The notes: generated by a model from the sequence alone, not told the origin. DNA of 64,000 nt from an uncultured Chloroflexia bacterium (GCA_963749705.1 CAVVNQ010000008.1:64001-128000), one strand, 5' to 3'; shown: positions 37,638-47,887, numbered from the stretch's first letter. Translations and numbers: made by a program.

Positions 37638-38798
37638 TCAGCCGAGCCGGGCCTCGGTGGCGGTCTCGAGCAGCCGGTCGATCTCGAGGTGCTCCCACAC
37701 CAGCTCCTTGATCATCGAGATCTTGTCCGCATCGGCGGCATGCGTCTTGACCAGCAGGTCGTGCACCTCGGACGCGACGGCATAGGTGTCCTCCGCGACC
37801 AGGGCGGCGAACAGGCCGGCCTCGTGGATCGCGGCCAGGACCTCGCGGCGCGGCTGGTAGCCCCCGGTGAGGAGCAGCCCGATGGCCGCGCCCTCGGGTC
37901 CGGCCTCGACCGCGCCCGGCGTGGCCCCGACGAGGCGGTCGAGCGCGGCGGCACGCGCGCGGCCGGTGAGGTGCGCGGTGGTGATGGTCAGGATCACGTC
38001 CTCGCGGTCACCGGGAACGATGACCAGCGTCCCCTGCCGGACGCGCTCCAGCATGTGGCGCGGCTCCATCGCTCCGATTGCGACGTCGTCGATCACGCGG
38101 TCCAGGCTGCGACCGGGATGGATGACCCGGCCGGCCACGCCCTCGAGGATCATGCCCAGCGTCGGGTTGGACAGGATCGGACGGTACGGGAGCACGCCCA
38201 GCAGCGGGATCCCGTGGCGCGCCAGGCCCCGCTCCAGCGTGTGCTGGATGCCCGGCTGCTCCGCGATCCGCACCTTGTTGACGATCGCCCCCGCAACCGG
38301 CACCCCGTGCGCGGCGAAGTGCGAGGCGTTGAGCACGATCTCGTCGATCGGCCGGCCCACGCCGCCCTCGGACACGATCACCGCGGGGGCGCCGAGCAGC
38401 CGCGCGACGACCGCGTTCGAGAGGCCGATCACCGCGCCGACCCCGGCATGGCCGGTACCCTCGATCAGCAGCACGTCGTGGTCGGCGAACCGGCGATGCG
38501 CGGCGCGGATCCGCGCGCCGAGATCCTCCACGACGTCGCCGGCGATATACCGCTTGGTGAACCCGCGGGGAATGTGCACGGGGCTCATGGCCGAGTACGG
38601 CTCGGCGAGGTCGAAGATCGTGCGCATCAGCACCGCGTCCTCGTCGGCGGGCTGGCCGTCGTCGATCACCGTCCGCTGCCCGACGGGCTTCATGAACCCG
38701 GTGCGCATGCCGCGTCGCACGAACCCGTCCAGGAGTCCCAGCGAGGCGGTGGTCTTGCCGCGGTTCTGGCCGGTGGCGGCGAGGTACAGGTGACGCAT
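37638..38798 (-). CDS. Phosphotransacetylase N-terminal-like (BioD-like P-loop + DRTGG) protein
   Basis: GQNRGKTT, FMKPVG, IEGTGH, VNKV, PGDREDV, LTGG. Confidence 0.82.
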   Translation of the reverse strand: MRHLYLAATGQNRGKTTASLGLLDGFVRRGMRTGFMKPVGQRTVIDDGQPADEDAVLMRTIFDLAEPYSAMSPVHIPRGFTKRYIAGDVVEDLGARIRAAHRRFADHDVLLIEGTGHAGVGAVIGLSNAVVARLLGAPAVIVSEGGVGRPIDEIVLNASHFAAHGVPVAGAIVNKVRIAEQPGIQHTLERGLARHGIPLLGVLPYRPILSNPTLGMILEGVAGRVIHPGRSLDRVIDDVAIGAMEPRHMLERVRQGTLVIVPGDREDVILTITTAHLTGRARAAALDRLVGATPGAVEAGPEGAAIGLLLTGGYQPRREVLAAIHEAGLFAALVAEDTYAVASEVHDLLVKTHAADADKISMIKELVWEHLEIDRLLETATEARLG

Positions 38799-38829
38799 CG
38801 TGGGCCCGGCTGGTCGCCTTGCCGGGACT

Positions 38830-39435
38830 TCAGCCGCGCGGGGCGGTCTTGCGCTCGATCAGCTGGACGGCTTCGCGCAGCCGGGTGAGCGACTCCTCGT
38901 CCACGCTGTCCGGTTCAAGGTACGGGCCGAGGCGCTCCATGATGTCGGTCACCAGGCCCAGGAACACGGCCGCATCGGCGACGAAGAACTGGGGCTCGTT
39001 GTTGTAGCGGACCATCGTCAGGCGGCCCTGGAGGACGCGTCGCTCCTCGACGTGGGCGATCTGGGTCGCGAAGTTGTGGCCCTGGATCCCGTCCGGGTTG
39101 TTGAGGTAGTTGAGCGCGTTGTCGATGGCCAGGCCGAACCGGGCGCGCCAGGCCACGAGCCGCTCGTGGACCTCGGGCGGGATGCGGACCTCGGCGACCT
39201 CCTCGAACACCTCCGGGGCGACCGTCACCAGGCCCACCAGGGTGGTGCCGGCCCGTGCACCGAGCATCACCTGGAGGCTCCGCTCGAGGGTGAACACCTC
39301 GGAGTCGAACCGGGGGCTGGTGATCACATCGGTGAGGAGGTCCTCGACGTTGTCCAGGCTGCCCGGATCGGCCAGCGCGTTCGCGAGGTGGAGGATCTCC
39401 TCCTTGAACAGGAACTTCTCCTCGTGGTCGAGCAT
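38830..39435 (-). CDS. Hypothetical protein
   Basis: 201-aa ORF; TGC-TACCAT 6 nt before the ATG. Confidence 0.65.
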   Translation of the reverse strand: MLDHEEKFLFKEEILHLANALADPGSLDNVEDLLTDVITSPRFDSEVFTLERSLQVMLGARAGTTLVGLVTVAPEVFEEVAEVRIPPEVHERLVAWRARFGLAIDNALNYLNNPDGIQGHNFATQIAHVEERRVLQGRLTMVRYNNEPQFFVADAAVFLGLVTDIMERLGPYLEPDSVDEESLTRLREAVQLIERKTAPRG

Positions 39436-39571
39436 GGCGGGATGGTAGCAGGGCACCGGACCGTCGCCTGAGGGCACCGAGACGCTCGAAATCGGCGCTG
39501 CGGCGCCTGGCCGCGCTCGGCGCTCGGCTCCGGCCGGGCCGGGCTCGGAACGACAGGCAGGGCCGGAATCA

Positions 39572-39599
39572 GAACGGCCCGGCGCGGGCCGGGCCGTTC
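39572..39599 (-). terminator. Putative terminator hairpin downstream of the dehydrogenase gene
   Basis: Perfect 12-bp stem GAACGGCCCGGC/GCCGGGCCGTTC with a weak U tail. Confidence 0.55.
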
Positions 39600-39619
39600 G
39601 AATGCTTGCGAGGTGCGAT

Positions 39620-40885
39620 CTACGGGTACAGGCCCCGCAGCGCGGTGGCGTCGGCGACGCGCTGGACCGCGTTGAGGTATGCGCCGGTGCGCATGTTGAC
39701 CTGCTCACGCTCGGAGATGGCGAGGACCTCCTCGAACGCCTTGACCATGATGATCTTGAGCTTGGCGTTGACGTCGGCCTCGGTCCAGTGGTCCCGGTTG
39801 AGGTCCTGGACCCACTCGAAGTAGCTGACGGTGACGCCGCCGGCGTTGCACAGGATGTCCGGGATCAGGAAGATCCCGCGGTCGTACAGGATCGCGTCGG
39901 CTTCCGGGGTCGTGGGGCCGTTCGCGGCCTCGGCCACGATCTTGGCCTTGATCCTGGCCGCGTTGGCGGTCGTGATCTGGTTCTCGAGGGCGGCCGGGAT
40001 CAGGACGTCGCACTCGGTCTCGAGGACCTCGGCGTTGGTGATGTTCTCGGCACCCGGGAAGCCCTTGACGGTCCCGTGCTCGGCCTTCCAGTTGATGACG
40101 CGAGCGATATCGAGGCCGGCCATGTTGCGGATGCCACCGGTCGAATCGGACACGGCCACGACGGTCGAGCCCTCCTCGACCATCAGCGTGGCTGCGATGG
40201 CGCCGGCATTGCCGAAGCCCTGGACGGCGGTCTTCGACGTCTTGAGGTCGATGCCCAGATGGCGGGCCGCCTCGACGACCGTGTACACGCAGCCGCGCGC
40301 CGTCGCCTCGTTGCGCCCTTCGGAGCCGCCCAGGCTGATGGGCTTGCCGGTGACGACGCCGGGAACCGTGTACCCGACGTGCATGGAATAGGTGTCCATG
40401 AACCAGGACATGATCTGGGGCGTCGTGTTGACGTCCGGCGCGGGGATGTCGCGCTCGGGCCCGACCAGGACCTCGATCTCGGTGAAGAAGCGGCGGCTGA
40501 GGCCTTCCAGCTCCTTCTGCGACAGCTTCTTGGGGTCGACGATCACGCCACCCTTGCCACCGCCGTACGGGATGCCCACGACCGCGCACTTCCAGGTCAT
40601 CCACATCGCGAGGGCCTTGACCTCGTCGATCGAGACGTCCTGGTGGAAGCGGATGCCACCCTTGGCCGGGCCGCGACCGAGGTTGTGCTGGACACGGAAG
40701 CCGGTGAACACCTTGACGCTGCCGTCATCCATGTGGACCGGGAAATGCACGGTGAGCTCGCGACGTGGCTCGCGGAGCACCCGGCGAAGTCCCGGATCCA
40801 GGTTCAGCCGGTCGGCCGCCAGATCGAACTGCTGCTGCGCGACGTGCCATGCATTGATGGGCGCCGTGACTTGTTCCGTCGTCAT
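39620..40885 (-). CDS. gdhA: Glu/Leu/Phe/Val dehydrogenase (glutamate dehydrogenase)
   Basis: GPAKGGIRF, MTWKCA, GGGKGG, PAPD, QGFGNAG, EAANGP, NAGGVTVSYFEWVQ. Confidence 0.92.
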   Translation of the reverse strand: MTTEQVTAPINAWHVAQQQFDLAADRLNLDPGLRRVLREPRRELTVHFPVHMDDGSVKVFTGFRVQHNLGRGPAKGGIRFHQDVSIDEVKALAMWMTWKCAVVGIPYGGGKGGVIVDPKKLSQKELEGLSRRFFTEIEVLVGPERDIPAPDVNTTPQIMSWFMDTYSMHVGYTVPGVVTGKPISLGGSEGRNEATARGCVYTVVEAARHLGIDLKTSKTAVQGFGNAGAIAATLMVEEGSTVVAVSDSTGGIRNMAGLDIARVINWKAEHGTVKGFPGAENITNAEVLETECDVLIPAALENQITTANAARIKAKIVAEAANGPTTPEADAILYDRGIFLIPDILCNAGGVTVSYFEWVQDLNRDHWTEADVNAKLKIIMVKAFEEVLAISEREQVNMRTGAYLNAVQRVADATALRGLYP

Positions 40886-41135
40886 TGGAACGGAGGGTCC
40901 TCTCGTGTCGGGGCAGACCGCACCGCCCCGGTTCGCTGGGCCGTCTGCCGGACGACCCCACGGGGCGCGGATCTGTCCCCAAAACGTGGCATGGCCGGGG
41001 ACGTGGCGCGCCGCCTCTGGAGTTGGAGTATAGCCGTGGTCGCCCGGGGACCATGGGCCGGTCGTCACCCGCCCGCAACCTTTCCGTCACCCATGCGACC
41101 CTGTCCTGTGGCAGGGGTCCCGCGCGCCTGCGACG

Positions 41136-41981
41136 TCAGTGCCGGCGCATCACGACGGCGCCGACGCATCCCGGCCCGAGGTGGGGACCGACCGACGGAC
41201 CGACGGTCATCGTCTGGACCCGCGCGGGATCGAGCCCGGAGCGCTCCAGGAACCGCTCCCGGAACTCCTCAACGTCCGCGTTGGTGGTGTGCAGCAACGA
41301 TGCCCGCTCGAGGGGGCTGGCCGTGAGCAGCTCGAGGGTGCGCTCGCGTGCCTTCTGGCGAGATCGGACGCGATCCGCGTTCTCGACCACGCCGTCGATC
41401 ACGGTGATGATCGGCTTGATCGAGAGCATCGTCCCCACGGCCGCCCGGGCGCCGCTGATCCGGCCACCGCGCTTGAGGTACTCGAGGGTGTCGAGGCCGA
41501 CGAACAGGTCCACGTCCGCCTTGCGGACCTCGAGCACCCGGGCGATCTCGGCGCCCGACACGCCCTCGGCCGCCAGCTCCGCACCGACCTGGGCGAGCAT
41601 GCCCACGCCCATCGACGCGGTCCGCGAGTCGATCACGTGGATCTCCCGATCGGGCAGCATCCCGCGCGCCACCTCGGCGGCCTTGAGGGTGCCCGACAGC
41701 GACCCCGACACGTTGACGCACACGACCGCCTCGGCCCCGCCGTCGAACGCCCGCTGGAACTCGGTCAGGAAGTCCCCGGGCGCCGCGGCGGCGGTCGTCG
41801 GAAATGGGGCGTCGGGGGCGGTCATCCTCGCCCAGAACTGGTCCGTCGTGAGGGTGACGTTGGGCCGGAAGCTCTCGGCCCCGAAGCTGACCACGAGCGG
41901 GACGACGACGATCCCCAGCCGGGCGGCCTCCTCGGGCGGCAGGTCGCTCGCGGAGTCGGTGACGATCGCGACGTGAGACAC
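41136..41981 (-). CDS. DegV family fatty-acid-binding protein
   Basis: IVTDSASDL, SGSLSGT, IDSRTASMG, LKRGGRI, HLGPG. Confidence 0.93.
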   Translation of the reverse strand: MSHVAIVTDSASDLPPEEAARLGIVVVPLVVSFGAESFRPNVTLTTDQFWARMTAPDAPFPTTAAAAPGDFLTEFQRAFDGGAEAVVCVNVSGSLSGTLKAAEVARGMLPDREIHVIDSRTASMGVGMLAQVGAELAAEGVSGAEIARVLEVRKADVDLFVGLDTLEYLKRGGRISGARAAVGTMLSIKPIITVIDGVVENADRVRSRQKARERTLELLTASPLERASLLHTTNADVEEFRERFLERSGLDPARVQTMTVGPSVGPHLGPGCVGAVVMRRH

Positions 41982-42139
41982 GGTTCGCGCTCCTCCATCG
42001 GGCCCACCGCCGCCGGTCGGAACGGACGACGACGCCGCTGACGACGGCGTCGGGGGTGGGCTCCCGTTGGGTAGGCATGATACGGACCGCGCAGCGCACA
42101 GGAAAGAACGGCGTCGTTCGTACCCGGTACGCTGCGATC

Positions 42140-43438
42140 GTGGCGCGCCCCCTGCTCGCGGTGATCCTCGGCACCTTCACCCTCCGCCTGGCAACCGGGC
42201 TGACGGGTGGGATGCTCGTGTTCTACCTCGCGAACCTGACCGACTACGGCGGCACGAGGGTCGATGCCATCGTGGTCGGGGCGCTGGGTGCGCTGTTCTA
42301 CGTGAGCGAGCTGACCGGTTCGCCGCTGTTCGGCATCCTGTCCGACCGGACGGGCCATCGCCGGATCATGCAGCTTGGCCCGGTGTTCGGCGCGATCGCG
42401 GTCGTGGTCACGGCGCTGACGGTCAACCTGCCGCTGATCGGCGGCACCCGGATCCTCGAGGGCATGGCGACCGCCTCATCGGTGCCCTCGATCCTGGGCT
42501 TCATCGCCTTTGCGACCGCGGGCAACGAGCTGCTCCGCGGGCGAGCGGTCGCGAGGTTCGAGGCGGCGACGCTGGCCGGGCTGCTGTGCGGGTTCATCGT
42601 CGCGGGCCCGCTGTTCAAGGTGCTGGGGCCGGAGGCATTCCTGGTCAACGCGGTCGTGTACGGCGTCTCGCTGGCGATCTACCGGTTCGGCGTGCCGGCC
42701 ACGGCGGAGCCGCTCCCGACGGCGACGCTCGTGCGCGGTGAGCGATTGCGCCGGTACCTCCGCATCCTCCGCGGCAGCCACGTATGGCTCCTCGCTCCGA
42801 CCTGGATCGCGGTCAACGCCACGCTCGGACTGTTCACCAGCCAGACCCTGTTCCAGCTCGTCCGCGCACCGGATCCGCGGTTCGCCGCCCAGCAGCTGAT
42901 GGGCGGCTTCGACGAGCTGTCAGTCAGCGCGGGGCTGGCCGTCGGCGCGGTCCTGTTCTTCGCCGGGCTGCTCTACTGGGGCGGGAAGTTCCGGACGCTG
43001 CGCCGGACGACGATCATCAGGTACGGCATCGGCGGCGGCGGCGTGATGATCGTTGCCGGCATCCTGTTCAACCATGCCGCCGGCGCCCCGCTGCCGATCG
43101 ATGCGGTGCTCGCGGTCGCCGGCGCGGGCGGCCTGTTCGTGCTCGCCGGCGCCACGCCCGCGGCGATCGGCCTGCTGGCCGACATCACCGAGGCGTACCC
43201 CGACGACCGCGGCGCGATCATGGGGCTCTATTCGGTGTTTCTCGGGCTCGGCCAGATCATCGGCAGCCTGATCGGCGGCACCGCCGCCGAGTTCGCCGGG
43301 CTCGATGGGATCTTCATGGCATCCCTGCTGCTGCTCGCGATCGCGCTCCTGCCGCTGTCGCATCTCCGACGATACGAGCACCAGGTCAGCGGCCCCGATG
43401 CAGCGGCGGACGAGCCCAGCGTGAGCCTGCATGCCTGA
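42140..43438 (+). CDS. MFS transporter
   Basis: GILSDRTGHR motif A, about 12 hydrophobic segments; GTG start 6 nt after TACGCT. Confidence 0.88.
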   Translation: MARPLLAVILGTFTLRLATGLTGGMLVFYLANLTDYGGTRVDAIVVGALGALFYVSELTGSPLFGILSDRTGHRRIMQLGPVFGAIAVVVTALTVNLPLIGGTRILEGMATASSVPSILGFIAFATAGNELLRGRAVARFEAATLAGLLCGFIVAGPLFKVLGPEAFLVNAVVYGVSLAIYRFGVPATAEPLPTATLVRGERLRRYLRILRGSHVWLLAPTWIAVNATLGLFTSQTLFQLVRAPDPRFAAQQLMGGFDELSVSAGLAVGAVLFFAGLLYWGGKFRTLRRTTIIRYGIGGGGVMIVAGILFNHAAGAPLPIDAVLAVAGAGGLFVLAGATPAAIGLLADITEAYPDDRGAIMGLYSVFLGLGQIIGSLIGGTAAEFAGLDGIFMASLLLLAIALLPLSHLRRYEHQVSGPDAAADEPSVSLHA

Positions 43439-45080
43439 GGCACCGACCGAGGTCGCCCGGGGGACGCACGGCGCGGTCGTCGCCCCGCACCATCTCGCGA
43501 CCCGGGCCGGCCTGTCGGTCCTTGCGGCGGGCGGCCACGCGGTGGATGCGGCGATCGCGACCAACGCGGTGCTGGGCGTCGTGATGCCCAATGGCTGCGG
43601 CCTCGGCGGCGACGCGTTCTGGCTGGTGTGGGACGAGGCCCTCGGCGAGCAGGTCGCGCTCAACGGGTCGGGGCGTGCCCCGGCCGCGGCCGACCCGAGC
43701 GCGCTCCGCGCCCGCGGCATGGACCGGATCCCGCTGCGCGGCCCGCTGACGATCACGGTGCCGGGTGCCGTCCGGTCGTGGGCCGACGCGCACCGTCGGT
43801 GGGGGCGGCGCTCGCGCGACGAGGTCCTGGGCCCCGCGATCGAGCATGCGATGGCCGGATTTCCGGCCTGGGCGGGGCTGATCGAGGCGGTCGACGTGAT
43901 CCTCGAATCGGTGGGCGACGCCCGTTGGGGCGCCGGGCTGCGCCGCGTCTGGGGGGCGAACGGCCGCTCCTGGCGAGCGGGCGAGCAGGTCCGGCTGCCC
44001 GCGCTCGGGTCGACGCTGTCGGCGCTGGCGCGCGACGGGTTCGACGCGTTCTACGACGGTGACCTGGGCGACCGCGTGGCCGCCGGGCTTGCCGGCGCCG
44101 GGGCTTCGTTCACGGTCGACGACCTGCGCCGCCACGCGAGCACGTGGACCGAGCCGATCGCGACGACCTATCGCGGCGTCCGCATCACGACCCACCCGCC
44201 CAACAGCAGCGGAATGCTCGCGCTCGAGATCCTCAACGTGCTCGAGCGGTTCGAACCCGGGGCGCCCGGCGCCTTCGGCGGGCGGGGCTGGAGCGACCCC
44301 GCGTGGCTCCACCTCCAGCTCGAGGCCGCGAAGCTCGTGTTCGCGGACCGCGACGCATACCTGACCGATCCCTCGAGCCGGGCGGTGCCCGTGGATCGCC
44401 TGCTGTCCACCGCGCACGCCGCCGAGCTCGCGGCGCGGATCGATCCGGAGCGGGCGGACCCGGCGCCGCCGGCGGCGCGGACGCTGGTCGGCGACACGGT
44501 GTACCTGGGCGTCGTGGATGCGGACGGCAACGCGGTCAGCCTGATCCAGTCGAATGCGGCGGGGTTCGGCTCGGGTGTCCTGGATCCGGTCACGGGCGTG
44601 CACTTCCAGAACCGGGGAGCATCGTTCTCGCTCGACCCCGACCACCCGAACGTGCTCGCCCCGCGCAAGCGAACCGTGCACACGCTGCTGCCGGGGATGC
44701 TGTTCCGCGCCGGCGAGCGCCAGCCGTGGATCGTCGGGGGGTCGATGGGCGGCGACATCCAGCCGCAGATCCACGTCCAGCTGGTGTCCGCGCTGGTGGA
44801 CGGTGGCGCGGATCTCGCCCCTGCCGTGGCCGCGCCGCGAGTGGTCGTGGAGCCCGATGGCTGGTTCGCACCGCCGGTCGCGGTCCTCGCGGATGGCGAC
44901 CTCGCGCCGGGCGTCGAGGACAGCCTTGTCGCGCGCGGGCATGCGCTGCGGCGAGCGGCGTACGACGGCAGCCTGGGGCACGAGCATGCGATCGAGCTGG
45001 TCGCCGGTGGTCCCGCGCGGGGAGGGTCGCTGGTCGCGGTCACGGATCCGCGGAGCGCGGGCCGGCCGGAGGCCTGGTAG
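43431..45080 (+). CDS. Gamma-glutamyltransferase family protein
   Basis: AVDAAIA, GLGGDAF, VPGA, PPNSSG, DTVYL (Thr nucleophile), SLIQS, NRG, MGG, DPRS. Confidence 0.92.
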   Translation: MPEAPTEVARGTHGAVVAPHHLATRAGLSVLAAGGHAVDAAIATNAVLGVVMPNGCGLGGDAFWLVWDEALGEQVALNGSGRAPAAADPSALRARGMDRIPLRGPLTITVPGAVRSWADAHRRWGRRSRDEVLGPAIEHAMAGFPAWAGLIEAVDVILESVGDARWGAGLRRVWGANGRSWRAGEQVRLPALGSTLSALARDGFDAFYDGDLGDRVAAGLAGAGASFTVDDLRRHASTWTEPIATTYRGVRITTHPPNSSGMLALEILNVLERFEPGAPGAFGGRGWSDPAWLHLQLEAAKLVFADRDAYLTDPSSRAVPVDRLLSTAHAAELAARIDPERADPAPPAARTLVGDTVYLGVVDADGNAVSLIQSNAAGFGSGVLDPVTGVHFQNRGASFSLDPDHPNVLAPRKRTVHTLLPGMLFRAGERQPWIVGGSMGGDIQPQIHVQLVSALVDGGADLAPAVAAPRVVVEPDGWFAPPVAVLADGDLAPGVEDSLVARGHALRRAAYDGSLGHEHAIELVAGGPARGGSLVAVTDPRSAGRPEAW

Positions 45081-45178
45081 ACGGCTGCCGCGGCGGCCGA
45101 TGGTATCCTCCGGCAGCCGGTGGCAGGCTGCGCTCACACGAACTGCCGCCGGCACATCGTGCACACACGGAGGGGTGC

Positions 45179-45451
45179 GTGACCTCGAACGTCGGCCAGA
45201 ACTATCCGTACACCAGCGAGACCGAGGCGGAGCGCGCCGCCCGCATCGCGACCCTGATCGCCGACCGCGAAGGGCTCGCCGGCAAGCTGCAGGCCGAGAC
45301 CACGCCGCTCGACGCGAACGAACGCTGGTGGGTCTGGAAGTGCCCCACGACGGGCTGCCCCGGGCTGCTCCACGCCGCCGGCTACGCGATCGAGAAGCAT
45401 GCCGTGTACGTCGTCTGCGACGGGACCTGCGCGAAGACGTTCCTCCGCTAG
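45179..45451 (+). CDS. Small putative zinc-binding protein (90 aa)
   Basis: GGAGGGG RBS before the GTG; CPTTGC...H...CDGTC; appears in the ORF track only as the tail of a spurious long ORF. Confidence 0.7.
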   Translation: MTSNVGQNYPYTSETEAERAARIATLIADREGLAGKLQAETTPLDANERWWVWKCPTTGCPGLLHAAGYAIEKHAVYVVCDGTCAKTFLR

Positions 45452-45464
45452 CCGGGCGCGCGCC

Positions 45465-46295
45465 GTGACCCCGGCGGTCGCCGCACCCGATCTCCGCGCC
45501 GCGCGACGGCAGCTCGTGCTCGACACCGCCGGGATCGCCGTGTCCGTCATCGGGTTCGGGCTGGTGTTCGGCCTGGCGGCCCGCAACGCGGGGTACTCCC
45601 CGCTCGAGGCGAGCGCGATGAGCGTGTTCGTGTTCGCCGGCGCGGCGCAGTTCACCGCGGTCGGCTACGTCGCCGCCGGCCTGCCGTGGGCACCGATCGT
45701 GGTCCTGACGTTCCTGCTCAACGCGCGCCACCTGCTGTACAGCGCGTCGCTCGCGCCGCGCCTGCGCGACGTGCCGTTTGCCCAGCGGGCGGTCATGTCG
45801 CACGTCCTGACCGACGAGGCGTTCGCGCTCGCCGCGGCGCACTTCCACCGGCTGGGTCGGGTCGACATCGGCGGCTACTGGATCGGTGCGGTCGCCGGGG
45901 TGTTCATCCCGTGGAACCTGGCCACGATCGCCGGCGGGCTGCTGGGCGGTGCGATCCCCGACCCGACGGCGCTCGGTCTCGATGTCGTGTTCCCGGCCGC
46001 GATGGCCGGCCTCGCCGTGGGGCTGGTCACCGGCCGGCGCGAGCTGGTCGCCGCCGGAGCGGGGGCATCGATCGGCGTCGCCCTGTCGCTGGCGTTCGGG
46101 TCCGCCGCCGGCATCCTCGCAGGCGGGCTGATCGGGCCGCTTATCGGCATGGCCGTCCCCGCCGGCGGTTCCGGGACGTCGCCGGACTCCGACGTGACCG
46201 GCCGGGCGGTGGACCTCGAGGGCGCGTTCGCCGACGTGGCCGCGCTGCCGGCCGACGGCGGGACATCGGCCCCCGCCGCCGGAGCCCCGCGTTGA
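45465..46295 (+). CDS. azlC: AzlC family branched-chain amino acid exporter
   Basis: SVFVFAGAAQF, LNARHLLYS, LTDEAFA. Confidence 0.88.
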   Translation: MTPAVAAPDLRAARRQLVLDTAGIAVSVIGFGLVFGLAARNAGYSPLEASAMSVFVFAGAAQFTAVGYVAAGLPWAPIVVLTFLLNARHLLYSASLAPRLRDVPFAQRAVMSHVLTDEAFALAAAHFHRLGRVDIGGYWIGAVAGVFIPWNLATIAGGLLGGAIPDPTALGLDVVFPAAMAGLAVGLVTGRRELVAAGAGASIGVALSLAFGSAAGILAGGLIGPLIGMAVPAGGSGTSPDSDVTGRAVDLEGAFADVAALPADGGTSAPAAGAPR

Positions 46296-46624
46296 GCACC
46301 GAGCTGGTGCTGCTCGCCGTGCTGATGGGCGCGGTCACCTATCCCGTGCGGGCGGTCCCGATCCTCGCGCCCGGGATCGAGCGGCTGCCGCCCCGGGCAC
46401 TGCTGTACCTGCGCCTGGTCGGGCCGGCGGTGCTGGCGTCGCTGGCCGCCGCGAACACCCTGGTGGTGCCGACCGGCACCGGCACCTCCGGGCTGCATGT
46501 CGGGATCGAGGCGGCGGCCGTGGTCGCGTGTCTCGCGCTCGTGGCCTGGCGACGCAACCTCCTGCTCGGGCTCATCGCCGCCATGGCGCTGGTCGCGGTC
46601 GCGCGGTTGACCGGGATCGGGTAG
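46292..46624 (+). CDS. azlD: AzlD domain protein
   Basis: TTG start overlapping the azlC stop; MGAVTYPVR, PAVLASL. Confidence 0.8.
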   Translation: MSTELVLLAVLMGAVTYPVRAVPILAPGIERLPPRALLYLRLVGPAVLASLAAANTLVVPTGTGTSGLHVGIEAAAVVACLALVAWRRNLLLGLIAAMALVAVARLTGIG

Positions 46625-46648
46625 CCGCCGGGTTCGCGCGCCGCTCCC

Positions 46649-47887
46649 CTACCGCCCGCTCGCCGCCACCCGGGCGAGACGCTCCGCGCGCCAGGCGCGG
46701 ACCTCGGGATCCCGGCCGATCGCGGCGATCAGCCCGGCGAGGAGCGTCGTCCGGGGCACGATCGAATCGACCTCGAGGTACTCGCCGGGAGCATGGTCAA
46801 GCCCTCCGATCGGTCCCAGCCCGTCGAGCGTCGGGACGCCCATGCCGGCCGTCGTGTTCGCGTCCGATGCACCGCCGGTCGCGGCATCGTGGACCTCGAA
46901 GCCCAGCGCTCGGGCGAGCGCCGTGACCTGCCCGACCAGGTGCCCGGACCGCTCGAGCTTCTCCATCGGCCAGTGGCGGCCGGTCTCGTCCACGACCACC
47001 GACACGTCGGGGACGACCTTCGGCTCGGCGACCGCCCGGATGGCCGCCTCGGCCTCGACCAGGGCGTCGCGGGTGACGGCCCGCACGTCCACCTCGAGCG
47101 AGCACCGCTCGGGGACGACGTTGGGCCGGGTGCCGCCCGCGATCACGCCGACATTGATCGTCACGCCCGGCCAGCGGCCGTTGAGCGCCTGGAGGTCGGT
47201 GACGATGCGGGCCGCCTCGAGGATGGCGCTGCGCCCTTTCTCCGGCTCGATGCCCGCGTGGGCGGCACGGCCAACGACCGTGATGGCCAACCCCAGATTG
47301 CCCTTGCGCGATGAGACGATGTCGCCGTTGGCCCGCGCGCATTCCAGCACCAGGCAGGCGTCGACGCCCTCGGCCAGCCGCCGGATGTGCGGGGACGACG
47401 CGGGCGAGCCGATCTCCTCGTCCGGGTTGGCGACGAACACGAGCCGCGCCAGCGGGAGCCCGCCCGACGCCTCGCGCAGCGCCGCGATGGCGTACAGGCC
47501 GGCGAGCAGGCCGCTCTTCATGTCGGTGACGCCGGGGCCGGTCGCGATGCCGTCCTCGATCCGGAACGGGCGCGCTGCCACCGTTCCCGGGTCGAACACG
47601 GTATCCAGGTGGCCGATGCACAGCAGCTCGGGACCGTCCGGGTCGTCACCCTCGATGACCGCGATCAGCGTGTCACCCAGGCCGTCGTCGTTGGGGTGCG
47701 CGGCCACCTCGGCGCCGAGCGTCCGGAGTCGCGCCGCCGTCCAGCGCCCGACCTCGTCCACGCCCGCCCTGGTGTAGCTGCCGCAGTCGATGTTGACGAG
47801 CCGCTCGAGATCCTCGAGGTAGGCGGGCAGCGCTGCCGCAACCTCGGAGCGCAGCCGCGAGAGCTCATCCTGCGCGACCGGTGTCAT
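46649..47887 (-). CDS. M20 family metallopeptidase (carboxypeptidase G2/ArgE-like)
   Basis: GHLDTV, GPGVTDMKSG, DEEIG, LE, GGASDA, DH metal/catalytic motifs. Confidence 0.9.
   Translation of the reverse strand: MTPVAQDELSRLRSEVAAALPAYLEDLERLVNIDCGSYTRAGVDEVGRWTAARLRTLGAEVAAHPNDDGLGDTLIAVIEGDDPDGPELLCIGHLDTVFDPGTVAARPFRIEDGIATGPGVTDMKSGLLAGLYAIAALREASGGLPLARLVFVANPDEEIGSPASSPHIRRLAEGVDACLVLECARANGDIVSSRKGNLGLAITVVGRAAHAGIEPEKGRSAILEAARIVTDLQALNGRWPGVTINVGVIAGGTRPNVVPERCSLEVDVRAVTRDALVEAEAAIRAVAEPKVVPDVSVVVDETGRHWPMEKLERSGHLVGQVTALARALGFEVHDAATGGASDANTTAGMGVPTLDGLGPIGGLDHAPGEYLEVDSIVPRTTLLAGLIAAIGRDPEVRAWRAERLARVAASGR

Noticed and set aside
42140-46624. MFS-GGT-azlCD as part of the cyanophycin system
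   Set aside because: Only proximity supports it; these are separate transcription units of common families
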